Shown: piece after piece, positions 9,469 through 19,805 of the stretch
Layout: each line of letters begins with the position of its first letter
Position numbering within the stretch: position 1 is the stretch's first letter
Source of the DNA: Promethearchaeota archaeon
GTDB lineage: Archaea > Asgardarchaeota > Lokiarchaeia > Sigyniarchaeales > SOKP01
NCBI GenBank assembly: GCA_016839745.1
Contig: JAEOTS010000001.1
Span: 1 to 50,820 of the forward strand
Direction: 5' to 3'
DNA length: 50,820 nucleotides
Program-made: the position numbers and the translations under genes
The notes under the pieces: model-generated
What the model was told of the DNA's origin: nothing
Database searches by the model: none
Seen by the model: the letters and a program-made list of their open reading frames with translations, nothing else

Positions 9469-10542
9469 GTGAGAAAAATGGTAAAAGCGTTTTATTTGTG
9501 TTCGTTGAAGGAACGAGCTGGAAAAAGTTTTCTTTCTATTGGCTTTATTCAAAAATTACAAAAAGAAGGTAAGAAATTTGCTTACTTTAAACCAATCGGA
9601 TGCCCAAAAGGGGCGTTTAGTTTAAAGGCTGATAAAGACATAGATTTTATATTAAGAACTGTATATAAGGGTAAGGAGCCTTACGATAAAGTTTGTCCAA
9701 TCTCTATCCCTGATGCGTACTATATTGACTTAATAGATGCTGATAAGAAAGTGGAGTATTTAGATAAGATTATGTCAACTTATGAAGAAATTTCTAAAGC
9801 TGTAGATTATGTAATAATTGAAGGAGCGCCTTCGGTCAGAAAATTCGTGAGAGTTGGTATTGACGATGTGAGCATAGCAAAGTCGTTAGGAATCAAGGAT
9901 ATGATATATGTAAGCCCCGAATCTTCAGATAAATGCATTGATAATATTTTTTTCACTAAAAACTATTTTGATTTCCGCGAAGTTAATCTGTCTGCAATCA
10001 TTTTTAATAAAATTGATTTCGAATACATACCAAGAATAAAAGAGCTTCAAAAAGGTCACATCGATAAGTATAACATTCCAGTATTGGGGATAATTGAAAG
10101 AAGCATCGAATTATTTTCTCCTCGGGTAATGGAAGTGTTAGAAGCTATCGGTGGAGAATTGATTAATGAAGCAGCTACAGCAGGATTGAGCAATACAGTT
10201 GAGACGATCATCATCGGGGCTATGAACGCTCAAGCCGCGTTGAAATACTTAAGACAAGTTAAAAAAGCTGCTGTAATTACAGGAGGAGATAGAGCAGATC
10301 TTGCCTTAGCAGCTCTGAACGAGGATGTGTCAGTGCTGATTTTAACGGGATTCATTCAACCTGATGCAAAAGTTGTAAATGTAGCCAACGAAAAGAAGAT
10401 TCCCATTATTTTGAGCCCATCAGACACATATACTACTATGAGAAACTTAGAGCGGTTAAAACCAGGGATACAAGAAGACGAAATTCAAGCAGTCTTGGAT
10501 TTGATGGAGAGTCAAATAGATTGGGAATTCTTGTTAAAATAA
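9469..10542 (+). CDS. Phosphotransacetylase N-terminal (BioD-like P-loop plus DRTGG) protein
   Basis: RAGKS, YFKPIG, IIEGA, and ITGGDRADL (DRTGG domain); lacks the PTA catalytic domain. Confidence 0.85.
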   Translation: MRKMVKAFYLCSLKERAGKSFLSIGFIQKLQKEGKKFAYFKPIGCPKGAFSLKADKDIDFILRTVYKGKEPYDKVCPISIPDAYYIDLIDADKKVEYLDKIMSTYEEISKAVDYVIIEGAPSVRKFVRVGIDDVSIAKSLGIKDMIYVSPESSDKCIDNIFFTKNYFDFREVNLSAIIFNKIDFEYIPRIKELQKGHIDKYNIPVLGIIERSIELFSPRVMEVLEAIGGELINEAATAGLSNTVETIIIGAMNAQAALKYLRQVKKAAVITGGDRADLALAALNEDVSVLILTGFIQPDAKVVNVANEKKIPIILSPSDTYTTMRNLERLKPGIQEDEIQAVLDLMESQIDWEFLLK

Positions 10543-10583
10543 AAAAAAAAGTTTAAATCTCGAATTTGCAGCGTAATTTCCAT

Positions 10584-10871
10584 CTATGTTAGTCCTTCAA
10601 GAAGAGCTCCAAGTCCTATAAGGATGAAAAGAAATGCTAGCATCGGTAGTATAAAAATAATAAATACTATACCAATAATACCTAGAATTAATCCTGCTAT
10701 CGCCATACCTTTAGGATCATCTGCAATTATACCGATTACTCCAAAAACAATTGCCGCTCCTGGCAAATAGAAAGCACCGTAGGGAAGAGTTCCTAACAGC
10801 ATCCATGCAAAGAAACCTAATATACCACAAAGTAGAGCAAGAATACCAAATATTTTTCCCATTTTATTCAC
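10584..10871 (-). CDS. Small membrane protein (DUF4190-like)
   Basis: Three TM segments; GMAIAGLILGIIGI motif. Confidence 0.6.
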   Translation of the reverse strand: MNKMGKIFGILALLCGILGFFAWMLLGTLPYGAFYLPGAAIVFGVIGIIADDPKGMAIAGLILGIIGIVFIIFILPMLAFLFILIGLGALLEGLT

Positions 10872-10990
10872 TAATTTCTCTTTTATTATTTTCTTTTTAA
10901 ATTTATATGATAATATGAGGAGAAGATCTATAAAAAAGTTAGTATAATAAATTGAATAATAATATTATGATTAAGCTTAAATGTGTAACT

Positions 10991-11680
10991 TTACTGGACT
11001 GATCCACAACTCGGGCAAAATTTAGCTTCAATCGGAACTTTTGTACCGCAATGAGCACAAAATTGTGGTTTTGTACCATAGTCTTCAGCTTCTATCTGGC
11101 CTTCTAAAGGCTTAGCAGGCGTATCGGTAGTAATTGGACTTGTAATACCTTGTTTAAACTTAGAAATCTTCGCTTCGATTTCTGCTCCGCTTTTACGTTT
11201 TTTTGCAAAAGAATTCGTAAGAACCCAGAATATTATCATCGCTGGTAGAAGTGCTATTATTGCAACGATGGAGAATATCATGTTGAAAATTGAGCCAAAC
11301 ATACCCATATACCCATAATCTACTGGGAAGAGCCCGAGAGAAAAGAGTATTGCAACAATAAATCCAATAGTCGTACCAATAGAAGCTATTAGTGATAGAT
11401 AGTAAGTCCAATCTTGAGATGTTTCTAAAAGATTTTCTTCAGTATTCCTTGTTTGGTTTATTATATAATTTATTCTAACTTTATTTCCTGTCGTGTAAGT
11501 TCCAAATATGATAACATCATCTGAAGAGCTTGCTAGCGAACCTTTTTTTGTCGAGAAACAATAATGGAGATTATTTGAAGAGTCTTCTAGCGTAAAAGAT
11601 AAATTCCCGGAATAGGACTTAGTAAATTCTCTAACTTTACCTTTCAGAACGATCGTACTTTCTGACATTTTACATTTCAC
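10991..11680 (-). CDS. 2-TM membrane protein with C-terminal double zinc ribbon
   Basis: FCAHCG...KFCPSCG; beta-rich, possibly OB-like N-terminus. Confidence 0.75.
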   Translation of the reverse strand: MKCKMSESTIVLKGKVREFTKSYSGNLSFTLEDSSNNLHYCFSTKKGSLASSSDDVIIFGTYTTGNKVRINYIINQTRNTEENLLETSQDWTYYLSLIASIGTTIGFIVAILFSLGLFPVDYGYMGMFGSIFNMIFSIVAIIALLPAMIIFWVLTNSFAKKRKSGAEIEAKISKFKQGITSPITTDTPAKPLEGQIEAEDYGTKPQFCAHCGTKVPIEAKFCPSCGSVQ

Positions 11681-11836
11681 TCTAAATTTTTTGACGAATT
11701 TATTTGATTCCTATTGATATAACATATATTTACCAATATAATTCTTTATTATTTACGCCATATTTCCTAGTTAAGAACTAATAATTTGAATTATAGATGT
11801 TGTTAGTTCTCTGTTAGGAACCAATTTAACCTTAAT

Positions 11837-12412
11837 TTAGGTTTTCTTAGTTCGGAAACCGTGTTCATATAATTTATCTCTAATAGGTTTCATTCCAGGA
11901 CAATCATCCCAATTTCCTTGATATTCACAACTAATACAATCCTTTTTAATACGGTTTGATCTTATGTAGGCTATTGCTCCTACTAAAAAATTAATTTCTA
12001 ACAATGTAAGTATTTTTATAAATAATGGGAACGGTAATAGAAATACGGAAACGAGATGTAAACCCACACCTATTCCGTTAGAGGCTTTTGAGAATATTTT
12101 TAGGAATCGGTACTTAGTTAAACCTACGACATTAAGAATTATAGGTAAAAAGAAGATAATAGAAATGAGATACATACCTATCAAATTGAAAACATTTCGT
12201 TCTACAAACAATAAAGTAAGAATTATAGTGATTATTACCATGGGGTAGAAAGTAAAGCACCCAATACAAAGGTGACGTTTTCCTACGTGATACACATGGT
12301 CTGAGAACTTGTCGCAATTTGGATGATGTGACAACATGATCGGTTTAAAATCTGATAAAAGTAAGCGGAAACGAGAAAATTTCAACTTTATCTTTTTAAA
12401 AAAATTTACCAT
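11837..12412 (-). CDS. Cys/His-containing membrane protein (DUF2085-like)
   Basis: LSHHPNC...HLCIGCF, about 4 TM, C-terminal CISC...CPG; ATG at 12412 preferred over the track's TTG. Confidence 0.6.
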   Translation of the reverse strand: MVNFFKKIKLKFSRFRLLLSDFKPIMLSHHPNCDKFSDHVYHVGKRHLCIGCFTFYPMVIITIILTLLFVERNVFNLIGMYLISIIFFLPIILNVVGLTKYRFLKIFSKASNGIGVGLHLVSVFLLPFPLFIKILTLLEINFLVGAIAYIRSNRIKKDCISCEYQGNWDDCPGMKPIRDKLYEHGFRTKKT

Positions 12413-12513
12413 AGTTAGTAATTTTCCCTCAAATATTTTTACGAAAATAGTTTTAATTGATTCCAAACAAATAAAAAAAAAAAAAGTAAATTATTGATAA
12501 ATAATATTCGAAA

Positions 12514-12726
12514 TTAATCTCTAACGACTAAATAGATGATACAGCCTATACATCCCGTAACCAAAACAATTAATAACCAGACTGCAGCATTCATGTCTCT
12601 TTTCTTAGCGTCCTTATAGACCCAAATTGCAATTAATAACGCGACGACAAACCATATTATTACAAAAACGATTATCATCAGATAAAGTCCGCCTAATAGT
12701 GCAAATGGATCAACTGGAAGAGTCAT
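12514..12726 (-). CDS. PLDc_N-like small 2-TM protein
   Basis: WVYKDAKKRDMNAAVWLLIV...G.IIYLVVR pattern. Confidence 0.7.
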   Translation of the reverse strand: MTLPVDPFALLGGLYLMIIVFVIIWFVVALLIAIWVYKDAKKRDMNAAVWLLIVLVTGCIGCIIYLVVRD

Positions 12727-13178
12727 TTTTTTTTTTCCTCAGTTTTAATTTTGTTAACTACAATTTTAAAAATTTGTTGTAATTAACATGGGTTTTCTAT
12801 TATTTAAAGGTGCTTATTTCCCAACACTAGCCCATTATCATAATACTTTCAATAGTTGGAATTATATATTTCTTTAAATTTAATTTCTGTTTGATAATTA
12901 TTATTTTTAAGTGCAAAAAAGGGTCAGCTTTAAAGAGGTATAAGCAAATTTTCAATCAGTATCGAACAACGCACCTCGCTTTCGTGATAATATTCTTAAT
13001 TTAAAATGTTATTTTTTGTCATAATTGGGGAATTTGTTAGCCTATTCGTCATTTCAATTATAAAAGTACTTAACTACACTTCGATTACAATTATAATTTA
13101 TAGAATTTTGTTTAGGTCGAGATGAAAATGTTCTACACAAAAAGTTTAATTATTGAGATGTAATTAAAGGAAATTAAT

Positions 13179-14729
13179 ATGAAATTAAGTACATCTACTT
13201 ATTTTCAGATAATTGCGCATCTTATTCTATTATCGTTTCAGTTAATGTTTTGGAATTTTATTATTGACGATGCGTTTATATCCTTTAGGTATGCTAAAAA
13301 CCTTTATTTCAATCAACAACTTGTTTTTAACGTAAACGAGACTCCCGTTGAAGGATATTCAAATTTTTTATGGGTATTATGGATAATAATGAGTTTTCCA
13401 TTAGATATTGAAATAATTCTATTCTCCAAAATATCTGGCGTAATTTTTAGCCACCTGAGCGTAATTATTCTTTATAAATTGGCGTTCAAAATCAATAATT
13501 CTAAGAATTTTAGTAATATGGTTATTTTATTCTATGTTCTAACTCCCAATATTGCATTGTGGTCAATAGGAGGGTTAGAAACATCGCTATTTTCTTTTTT
13601 ACTATTACTCTCCGTATATTCTTTTGTTCTCGATATAATTATTAGGAGAAATAAAATTATTAAGATGTCTCCTCTTTTTTTCGTACTCTTAAGCCTAACT
13701 CGTCATGAGGGTGCAATTGTATTCGGAATAACCTGTGTTTTTTTCATATTTTTACTTCTCCGGAAAAACAATGCTTCTTTAGTCACCAAATTATTCCAAT
13801 TCCTTTACTTTGTAGGGATTTTCTCAATAGTCTATTTTCCGTATTTCCTATGGAGAGTCCTTTACTATAATAATATATTACCACATACATTTATTGCTAA
13901 ACAGGGTGGATTCTCTATCCTTTCTTTCTTAGAACGATTTCTTTTTTATCTTCCCTTGTTAATCTTTCTTTTTCCAATTTTGGTTCTTATTGGCACTCAT
14001 TATATTAAAAACTTAAAAGTTCAATTTAGAAATGAGAAAAAACTATATCTTGTTTTAGTTATTCTAACTTTGTGTGTTTTATTACTCCTTTTAACGAGTT
14101 GGATGCCCGGATTTAGATTTACAGTGCCTATACTACCTTTAATTTATCTTTTACTCCCAAAATCTCTTAACTTTCTTATGATTTTAAATAATAACAAAGT
14201 AAAGCCCCCAAAAATTAGGAAAAATGTAAAGAAACTAACAATTTTAACAATATGTGTATCAAATATTTCACTTTTAGTAACTTTTTACCCGTTTGTTCAA
14301 ATATACGGTGCTGGAATAAGAGAGTGCAATATTACATTAGGAAATTGGATTAACGAGAACACTTTTAGCAACGCTTCTCTTGCAGTGTGGGATGCAGGAA
14401 CGATCCCTTTCTATTCCGATATACGCACAATAGATATATATCCAGATAGTTTACAGGATTTGCATCTATATAACAATCCAGAAGATGCAAATTACATTTT
14501 AAATCAGAATATAACTTTTCTTATATTGAATGACGAGTATTTTAGCTATATTAAAACGGATATTCGTTTTATTAATAATTACCACCTCATCTTTTACGCC
14601 CAGTTTTATTACGCTGATGGTTTCTATGGACAGGATTATATCTACCAGATATATTTGTTCAATGATTTTAATGTCTCTGAATCAGCGATAAACGCATTGA
14701 TTAACTCTTCTGAAAAGTTTTATATTTAA
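13179..14729 (+). CDS. GT-C fold polytopic glycosyltransferase (PMT/ArnT-like)
   Basis: DDAFISFRYAKNL, VEGYSNFLW, GGLET, TRHEG and DAGTIPFYS; more than 10 TM. Confidence 0.8.
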   Translation: MKLSTSTYFQIIAHLILLSFQLMFWNFIIDDAFISFRYAKNLYFNQQLVFNVNETPVEGYSNFLWVLWIIMSFPLDIEIILFSKISGVIFSHLSVIILYKLAFKINNSKNFSNMVILFYVLTPNIALWSIGGLETSLFSFLLLLSVYSFVLDIIIRRNKIIKMSPLFFVLLSLTRHEGAIVFGITCVFFIFLLLRKNNASLVTKLFQFLYFVGIFSIVYFPYFLWRVLYYNNILPHTFIAKQGGFSILSFLERFLFYLPLLIFLFPILVLIGTHYIKNLKVQFRNEKKLYLVLVILTLCVLLLLLTSWMPGFRFTVPILPLIYLLLPKSLNFLMILNNNKVKPPKIRKNVKKLTILTICVSNISLLVTFYPFVQIYGAGIRECNITLGNWINENTFSNASLAVWDAGTIPFYSDIRTIDIYPDSLQDLHLYNNPEDANYILNQNITFLILNDEYFSYIKTDIRFINNYHLIFYAQFYYADGFYGQDYIYQIYLFNDFNVSESAINALINSSEKFYI

Positions 14730-14734
14730 GAAAT

Positions 14735-15550
14735 TTACTCTAATTTTAACCCCTTAACCGGTTTTCGTGAGCGAGGAGGGCAACGCTTATAAGTAATATT
14801 AGGATAGCCAATTGTAAAAGCGCCCATATGTTTCCCTCTTATACCTGCCAATTTCATTACTTTTTTACTTTCTAGTGCTGCGATCTGGACCCACCCGATC
14901 CAGCATGTACCCAAACCTAGTGATTGGGCTGCTAATCTCCCGTAGGTTATTATTATGCCTATGTTATGATCCGTAACAGGCATGTCCAATAATGAATATA
15001 CAAATATTACGTGAGGAGCGTCATGAAAGACGGGAACTTCAAAATACTTTTTTCTGATATTAAAATTTTCTTCATATTGTGCTTTCATTCCAGGATTTCG
15101 TGTTAAAGTTTCAATTACTGCATCTGAAATATTCTTCAATTTTTCTCGATCCGAAATAACTACATATTTCTCATATTGTAGATTATTCGCGGTAGGTGCA
15201 TATTGCATTATGTCTAATACTTTCTTTAATGTCTCTTTCGGAACTTCTCTTCTTTTATAATGTCGAATTGAACGAGTGGCTCTTATAAACTTGTAGAAAC
15301 TTTCATAGGGTACGACAGTTTCTAATTTGTCAATACCTTCAAAAGTAAAAGTGTCATCCCCGAAGCCTTCATATAATATGGCATCTTCGGGGCAAATAGC
15401 AATACAATGCCCACACAAATTACACGTATTGTCAACATCTTCAAAAAAAACTCTATTGTTTGATTCATCTATGAAAAAACGTCTGGGACATTCTTTTATA
15501 CACATTCGACAGCTATTACATTTTTCATAATTAATTCCTATTATTGGCAT
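14735..15550 (-). CDS. Nitroreductase family protein with N-terminal 2x[4Fe-4S] ferredoxin
   Basis: CNSCRMCIKECP, CNLCGHCIAICP, RSIRHY, APTANNLQ and GLGTCWIG. Confidence 0.93.
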   Translation of the reverse strand: MPIIGINYEKCNSCRMCIKECPRRFFIDESNNRVFFEDVDNTCNLCGHCIAICPEDAILYEGFGDDTFTFEGIDKLETVVPYESFYKFIRATRSIRHYKRREVPKETLKKVLDIMQYAPTANNLQYEKYVVISDREKLKNISDAVIETLTRNPGMKAQYEENFNIRKKYFEVPVFHDAPHVIFVYSLLDMPVTDHNIGIIITYGRLAAQSLGLGTCWIGWVQIAALESKKVMKLAGIRGKHMGAFTIGYPNITYKRCPPRSRKPVKGLKLE

Positions 15551-15679
15551 TATATTCCCTTTTTAATTTAGAATCGACATCATGCGATTAAGATAATAAA
15601 GAAATATAGGGAAAAGCAGCATTTATAATTTGATATTTAGAACTCCTAAGAATTACCAATCTTCAGATAGAATTAATGA

Positions 15680-16822
15680 ATGATTTTTAAATCAACAAGT
15701 AATATTTTACTCATGATTAATGAATTTTACGTAAAATTAGCCAAATTAGCAGTAAACTATGCTATAGAAGTTAAAAAAGGGCAACGCGTGCTCATAAGAG
15801 GACCAGCAATAGCACAAGAACTTTTTCAAGCTATTTACGCTGAGGTTCTAAAGGCTGGTGGTCATCCCTTATTAATTCCCGAAATCGAAGGAACAGACGA
15901 ATTACTTTATAAACATGGTTCTGAAGAACAACTTTTATATGTTGACGATGTTATAAAAACTATTGTTAAAGAATTTGATTGCCTCATCAATATTTTTGGA
16001 GATTATAATCGTAAAAAGCTCTCTTTAGTCGATCCAAAATTAATCGCCAAAGTTAAGGGCTCACCCGCTAACAAAGAGTTAGCAATGATATATATGAAAC
16101 GAGCTGCTGACGGAGAATTGAATTGGGTGGTTGTTCCTTACCCTTGCCATTCTTTTGCGCAAGAAGCAAACATGGATTTATTTTCTTATTCAGAGTTCGT
16201 TCAAAATGCATTACTTTTAGATAAGGAAGATCCCGTCAAGGAATGGAAGGAAATAGAGAAAAAACAAGATAAAATGGTTGAATTTTTGAACGAAGTTGAT
16301 AAAATTCAAGTTTTAGGTGAAGATACTAATTTAACGCTTTTAGTGAAGGGGAGAATATGGATAAACTCTTGTGGTCATCATAACTTACCTGATGGTGAAG
16401 TTGCTACATGTCCTTTGGAGAATTCTGTAAATGGACGCATAAGATTTACCTATCCCGGAATTTATCAAGGAAAAGAAATCGAAAATATCTATCTAGAATT
16501 TAAAGATGGTAAAGTAACAAAAGCTACAGCAGACAAGGCTGAAGATTTACTACAAGAGATAATAGCAATAAAAAACGCGAATATTATTGGTGAATTTGCT
16601 ATCGGAACAAACTATGGTATAACTGAATTTACTAAGAATATGCTCTTTGACGAGAAAATCGGAGGTACAATGCATTGTGCACTTGGATTTGGATTCCCAG
16701 AAACCGGATCAAAAAATGTAAGTGCCATTCATTGGGATATTCTTAAGGATATGACGCTTCCAGGTTCAAAAATTATTGCAGATGGGAAAGTTATATACGA
16801 AGAGGGTCAGTGGAAGATTTAA
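15680..16822 (+). CDS. Peptidase M29 aminopeptidase (AmpS/AmpT family)
   Basis: NLPDGEV, GEFAIGTN, LFDEKIGGTMHCALG and SAIHWD; start may be the ATG at 15713. Confidence 0.93.
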   Translation: MIFKSTSNILLMINEFYVKLAKLAVNYAIEVKKGQRVLIRGPAIAQELFQAIYAEVLKAGGHPLLIPEIEGTDELLYKHGSEEQLLYVDDVIKTIVKEFDCLINIFGDYNRKKLSLVDPKLIAKVKGSPANKELAMIYMKRAADGELNWVVVPYPCHSFAQEANMDLFSYSEFVQNALLLDKEDPVKEWKEIEKKQDKMVEFLNEVDKIQVLGEDTNLTLLVKGRIWINSCGHHNLPDGEVATCPLENSVNGRIRFTYPGIYQGKEIENIYLEFKDGKVTKATADKAEDLLQEIIAIKNANIIGEFAIGTNYGITEFTKNMLFDEKIGGTMHCALGFGFPETGSKNVSAIHWDILKDMTLPGSKIIADGKVIYEEGQWKI

Positions 16823-16924
16823 ACAAAATTCTATTTTATTTTCTTTCATATTCTTGTTGTTAATAAACCTTTTAACTAATTTTTATCTTTAAATCTTTAA
16901 ATACAATAAATTTTACTTAGAAAT

Positions 16925-17914
16925 TTGGCCCAAGAAGAAGAAAGTCTTCCCACACAACCAAGAAGGATTTTAAGCATAGATGTTTTTAAAGGGCTAACTG
17001 TCCTCTTGATGGTTTTTCTTAACAGTTTTCACCCCTATGACGATGTACCAGCGTGGACTAAACACGCTGGAGACTATGGTCTAACCTATGTTGATTTAGT
17101 AGCATCTTTTTTTGTATTTATGCTTGCGCTTAACTTGAATATTTCTTATAAGCGACGCGTCGAAAAGGTTGGGAAGAAAAGAGCTTCGTTAAGATATATC
17201 CGTAGATTTTTAATTTTTATAGGTATAGGCTTAATTTTAACTATATATATAGATGTTAATGAGTTTTATTTTCGATGGGGCACCCTTCAAGTTTTAGGGA
17301 CTTCCGGTTTAATGCTACTACCACTACTTAATTTAAAACCATATATAAAGTTAATATTTGCTATAATTTTTATGATTTTACATCAATATCTTCTTTTCAC
17401 GCCGATAAGCATTATAATTTACGAATCGGTAGAAGGAGGAATCTTAGGTGTGTTTTCGTGGGGCTCAATGATGATTTTATCTTCCTTTTTAGCTGAAGGT
17501 TTAGAGAAGGGGAAGGAATACATAAGACGTTATTTCTTATTTGGAGGGTTTATTTGCCTGCTACTTGGGATTGGATCTGCTTTCTTTTGGGGAATAAGCA
17601 GACCTTATATTTCAATACCCTACATTTTAATTTCTGTGGGAGTAGCATCGATACTTTACTATTTTTTATATTATATATTTGAAGATTGGGGGAAGAATTA
17701 TAATTTCGTAAATAAAGAGAGAATTTTTAGCGCCGTAGGGAAAAATGCGTTTATCTTTTATTTAATTCATATGTTGATTGCATACTCGATTTATATGATA
17801 TTCCCCTTCGATACCCCTAGCATAATTCTCTTTCCATTAGCCATCGTTCATACCGCGTTCATTTGGCTATTAGCGTATTACATGAACAAACTAGAAATTT
17901 TTATCGTCATATAA
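16925..17914 (+). CDS. HGSNAT-like membrane acyltransferase (DUF1624/DUF5009-type)
   Basis: RILSIDVFKGLTVLLMVFLN, WTKHA, TYVDLV..FF and GTLQVLG. Confidence 0.75.
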   Translation: MAQEEESLPTQPRRILSIDVFKGLTVLLMVFLNSFHPYDDVPAWTKHAGDYGLTYVDLVASFFVFMLALNLNISYKRRVEKVGKKRASLRYIRRFLIFIGIGLILTIYIDVNEFYFRWGTLQVLGTSGLMLLPLLNLKPYIKLIFAIIFMILHQYLLFTPISIIIYESVEGGILGVFSWGSMMILSSFLAEGLEKGKEYIRRYFLFGGFICLLLGIGSAFFWGISRPYISIPYILISVGVASILYYFLYYIFEDWGKNYNFVNKERIFSAVGKNAFIFYLIHMLIAYSIYMIFPFDTPSIILFPLAIVHTAFIWLLAYYMNKLEIFIVI

Positions 17915-18020
17915 GATTGAATATTTTCTCAAAACATTCAGTTACATAATAAAGCTTATAATACAGAATTGCATAATTGTTATTTGCACGCTATTGTTAA
18001 ATTACTTAACGGGAATTAAG

Positions 18021-18326
18021 ATGAGTGTTTTAGAAGAACAATTTCTATTATTAGAAATAGATGAAGAAAACGAAGATTTTAGAGAAATTAAAGAAATTGA
18101 AGATGCAATTGACACTATATTTGATTCATTATCAATCTTCATAATTGTGGACCCTATGGATAAAACAATTTGGATATGGATGGGCGAGCACGCGAGTATT
18201 AGAAAGAAATTTATTGCAACTCAGAACGCTCCTAATATTCGAGATAAATATGGTGTAGATTTTAAAATTTTGACAGTGGACGATGGAAGCGAGCCACCTG
18301 AATTTAAAGCAATCGTAGGTTTATAA
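18021..18326 (+). CDS. Single-domain gelsolin-like protein
   Basis: IFIIVD...TIWIWMGEHAS...KF.A...A and VDDGSEPPEF match the gelsolin-repeat pattern; ATG at 18021 preferred over TTG at 17994. Confidence 0.8.
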   Translation: MSVLEEQFLLLEIDEENEDFREIKEIEDAIDTIFDSLSIFIIVDPMDKTIWIWMGEHASIRKKFIATQNAPNIRDKYGVDFKILTVDDGSEPPEFKAIVGL

Positions 18327-18460
18327 CATTTTTTTTCTCTAAAGTGTTCGAATAATGTCGTAAGGGCGAATATCATAATATGTAGATGTAATTCTACTAT
18401 TACGGGTGTATATACAAATGAGCGTGAAATCTATCTTTCACGATCTTAATATCGTGTATC

Positions 18461-19498
18461 CTACTTTAATGCATTGTAAAGAATTTCTGCTATAGTATAG
18501 AACGCTTGCTCAACGTTTTCACCGGTTAAGGCGGATGTTTCTATGTATCCGAGGTTAAGGTACCTTGCAATATCAGAGCCTTTTTCTGAGATACTATCGG
18601 AATCATGGGTTAAATCTTTCTTATTTCCAATAACAAAACCAGTTAAAGCCGGTCTATCTTTTAATTGATTTTGGATATCGTAATACCAATTTGAAACGCT
18701 TTCTAACGAGTTTGGCTTTGACAAATCAAATATAAGGAACAAACCGTCAGATCCTAAATAGAATTGTTGTCTCATAGTTTGAAATTTCTGCTGTCCTGCA
18801 ATATCCCATAGAACTAATTGTATATAAGAATCTTTAACTTGAAATATCTTATCCGAAACGTGAACTCCAAGAGTTGGAATATAATGCCTTCGAAACGCGT
18901 TATTGGTAAATCTTAGTATTAAAGAGGATTTACCAACAGAAGGATCACCACAAATAACTATTTTAAATTTGTAGTTAATTAAATTAGCTTCTTTTATTTT
19001 TTGATCAGGAAAAGCTTTAGCATCTTCCTCGGCAATTTCGTTATTTTTAAATTCGTTTAAAAATTGATCAAGAGTAAGTGAAAGATCGTTCAAGATATCT
19101 ATATAACTTTCTCTTGGAGCTTTTGATTTTTGCAAATTTGCAATTTTCTCAGCTACTTCTTCAAACGGAGTATCAAAATAATTTAAATATTTATAAAAAA
19201 TAACATCGTCCGATTCATTAAACAATAAAGTAATTGCCCCTTGCCCAATTCCTCCCCGCCTCGATTCATCATCCCATTTTATATATTTTATTAAACCCTT
19301 TAGATTTAAGGAAGTAAATGGAAGAATTACTAACGATTCTGGGATAAGACCACTTTCTCCTGATAGAACTGTAATTGTTTTAACACTAATATGAAGTCTA
19401 CTGGATTGAGGTATATCTCCTATCCATACAAATGGATTCGGCCCCACCTCATCGTCCAATTCAGTATATAATATTCCTTTTATTATTTTTGCTTCCAT
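18461..19498 (-). CDS. Longin (uDENN-type) fused to a Rab-like small GTPase
   Basis: N-terminal ELDDEVGPNP...DESRRGG; G1 GDPSVGKSS, YIPTLGV, WDIAGQ, GNKKD and ETSALTG; no C-terminal Cys. Confidence 0.85.
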   Translation of the reverse strand: MEAKIIKGILYTELDDEVGPNPFVWIGDIPQSSRLHISVKTITVLSGESGLIPESLVILPFTSLNLKGLIKYIKWDDESRRGGIGQGAITLLFNESDDVIFYKYLNYFDTPFEEVAEKIANLQKSKAPRESYIDILNDLSLTLDQFLNEFKNNEIAEEDAKAFPDQKIKEANLINYKFKIVICGDPSVGKSSLILRFTNNAFRRHYIPTLGVHVSDKIFQVKDSYIQLVLWDIAGQQKFQTMRQQFYLGSDGLFLIFDLSKPNSLESVSNWYYDIQNQLKDRPALTGFVIGNKKDLTHDSDSISEKGSDIARYLNLGYIETSALTGENVEQAFYTIAEILYNALK

Positions 19499-19633
19499 AG
19501 TTAGACAATGTTATTGCAAACAAAAAATTGAAAATTTCTTAATATAATTAGGGTGTAAAAATATAAATATTAAAGCTTTTTAGATTGAAAAAGTTTAAAT
19601 TAACGACTTTCCTTCAAGATTACCACAAAAAAA

Positions 19634-19734
19634 TGGGAAAGGGGGGAGTTGAACCCCCGACCTCTCAGTTCCGAACCGAGATTAACGCTAAAACTTAGAA
19701 GTTTCAGTATCATTCCAAGCTAGACCACCTTCCC
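19634..19734 (-). tRNA. tRNA-Pro(CGG) with a 27-nt BHB intron at position 25/26 (intron 19682-19708)
   Basis: Acceptor GGGAAGG/CTTTCCC-A, anticodon arm CTCGG-TTCGGAA-CTGAG, T arm GGGGG-TTCAACT-CCCCC; no encoded CCA; T7 run immediately downstream. Confidence 0.92.
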
Positions 19735-19805
19735 GATATAAAATCGACATTTCAAGTGGAAACTATTTACTAATGATAAATAGGACGAATTAAAAATAAG
19801 GTATG

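Noticed and set aside
12727-13178. Possible small ORF or ncRNA in a 450-bp intergenic gap
   Set aside because: Only a 29-codon ATG ORF and a start-less hydrophobic frame were found; no convincing SD, C/D boxes or stable structure
16925-17914. Lysosomal HGSNAT as a eukaryotic signature protein
   Set aside because: This family is widespread in bacteria and nothing here marks it as eukaryote-specific
18416-18450. ATGA...hairpin...GA resembling a eukaryote-like SECIS (Lokiarchaeia use Sec)
   Set aside because: The stem is only 6-7 bp, shorter than a SECIS helix, and neither flanking gene has an in-frame TGA
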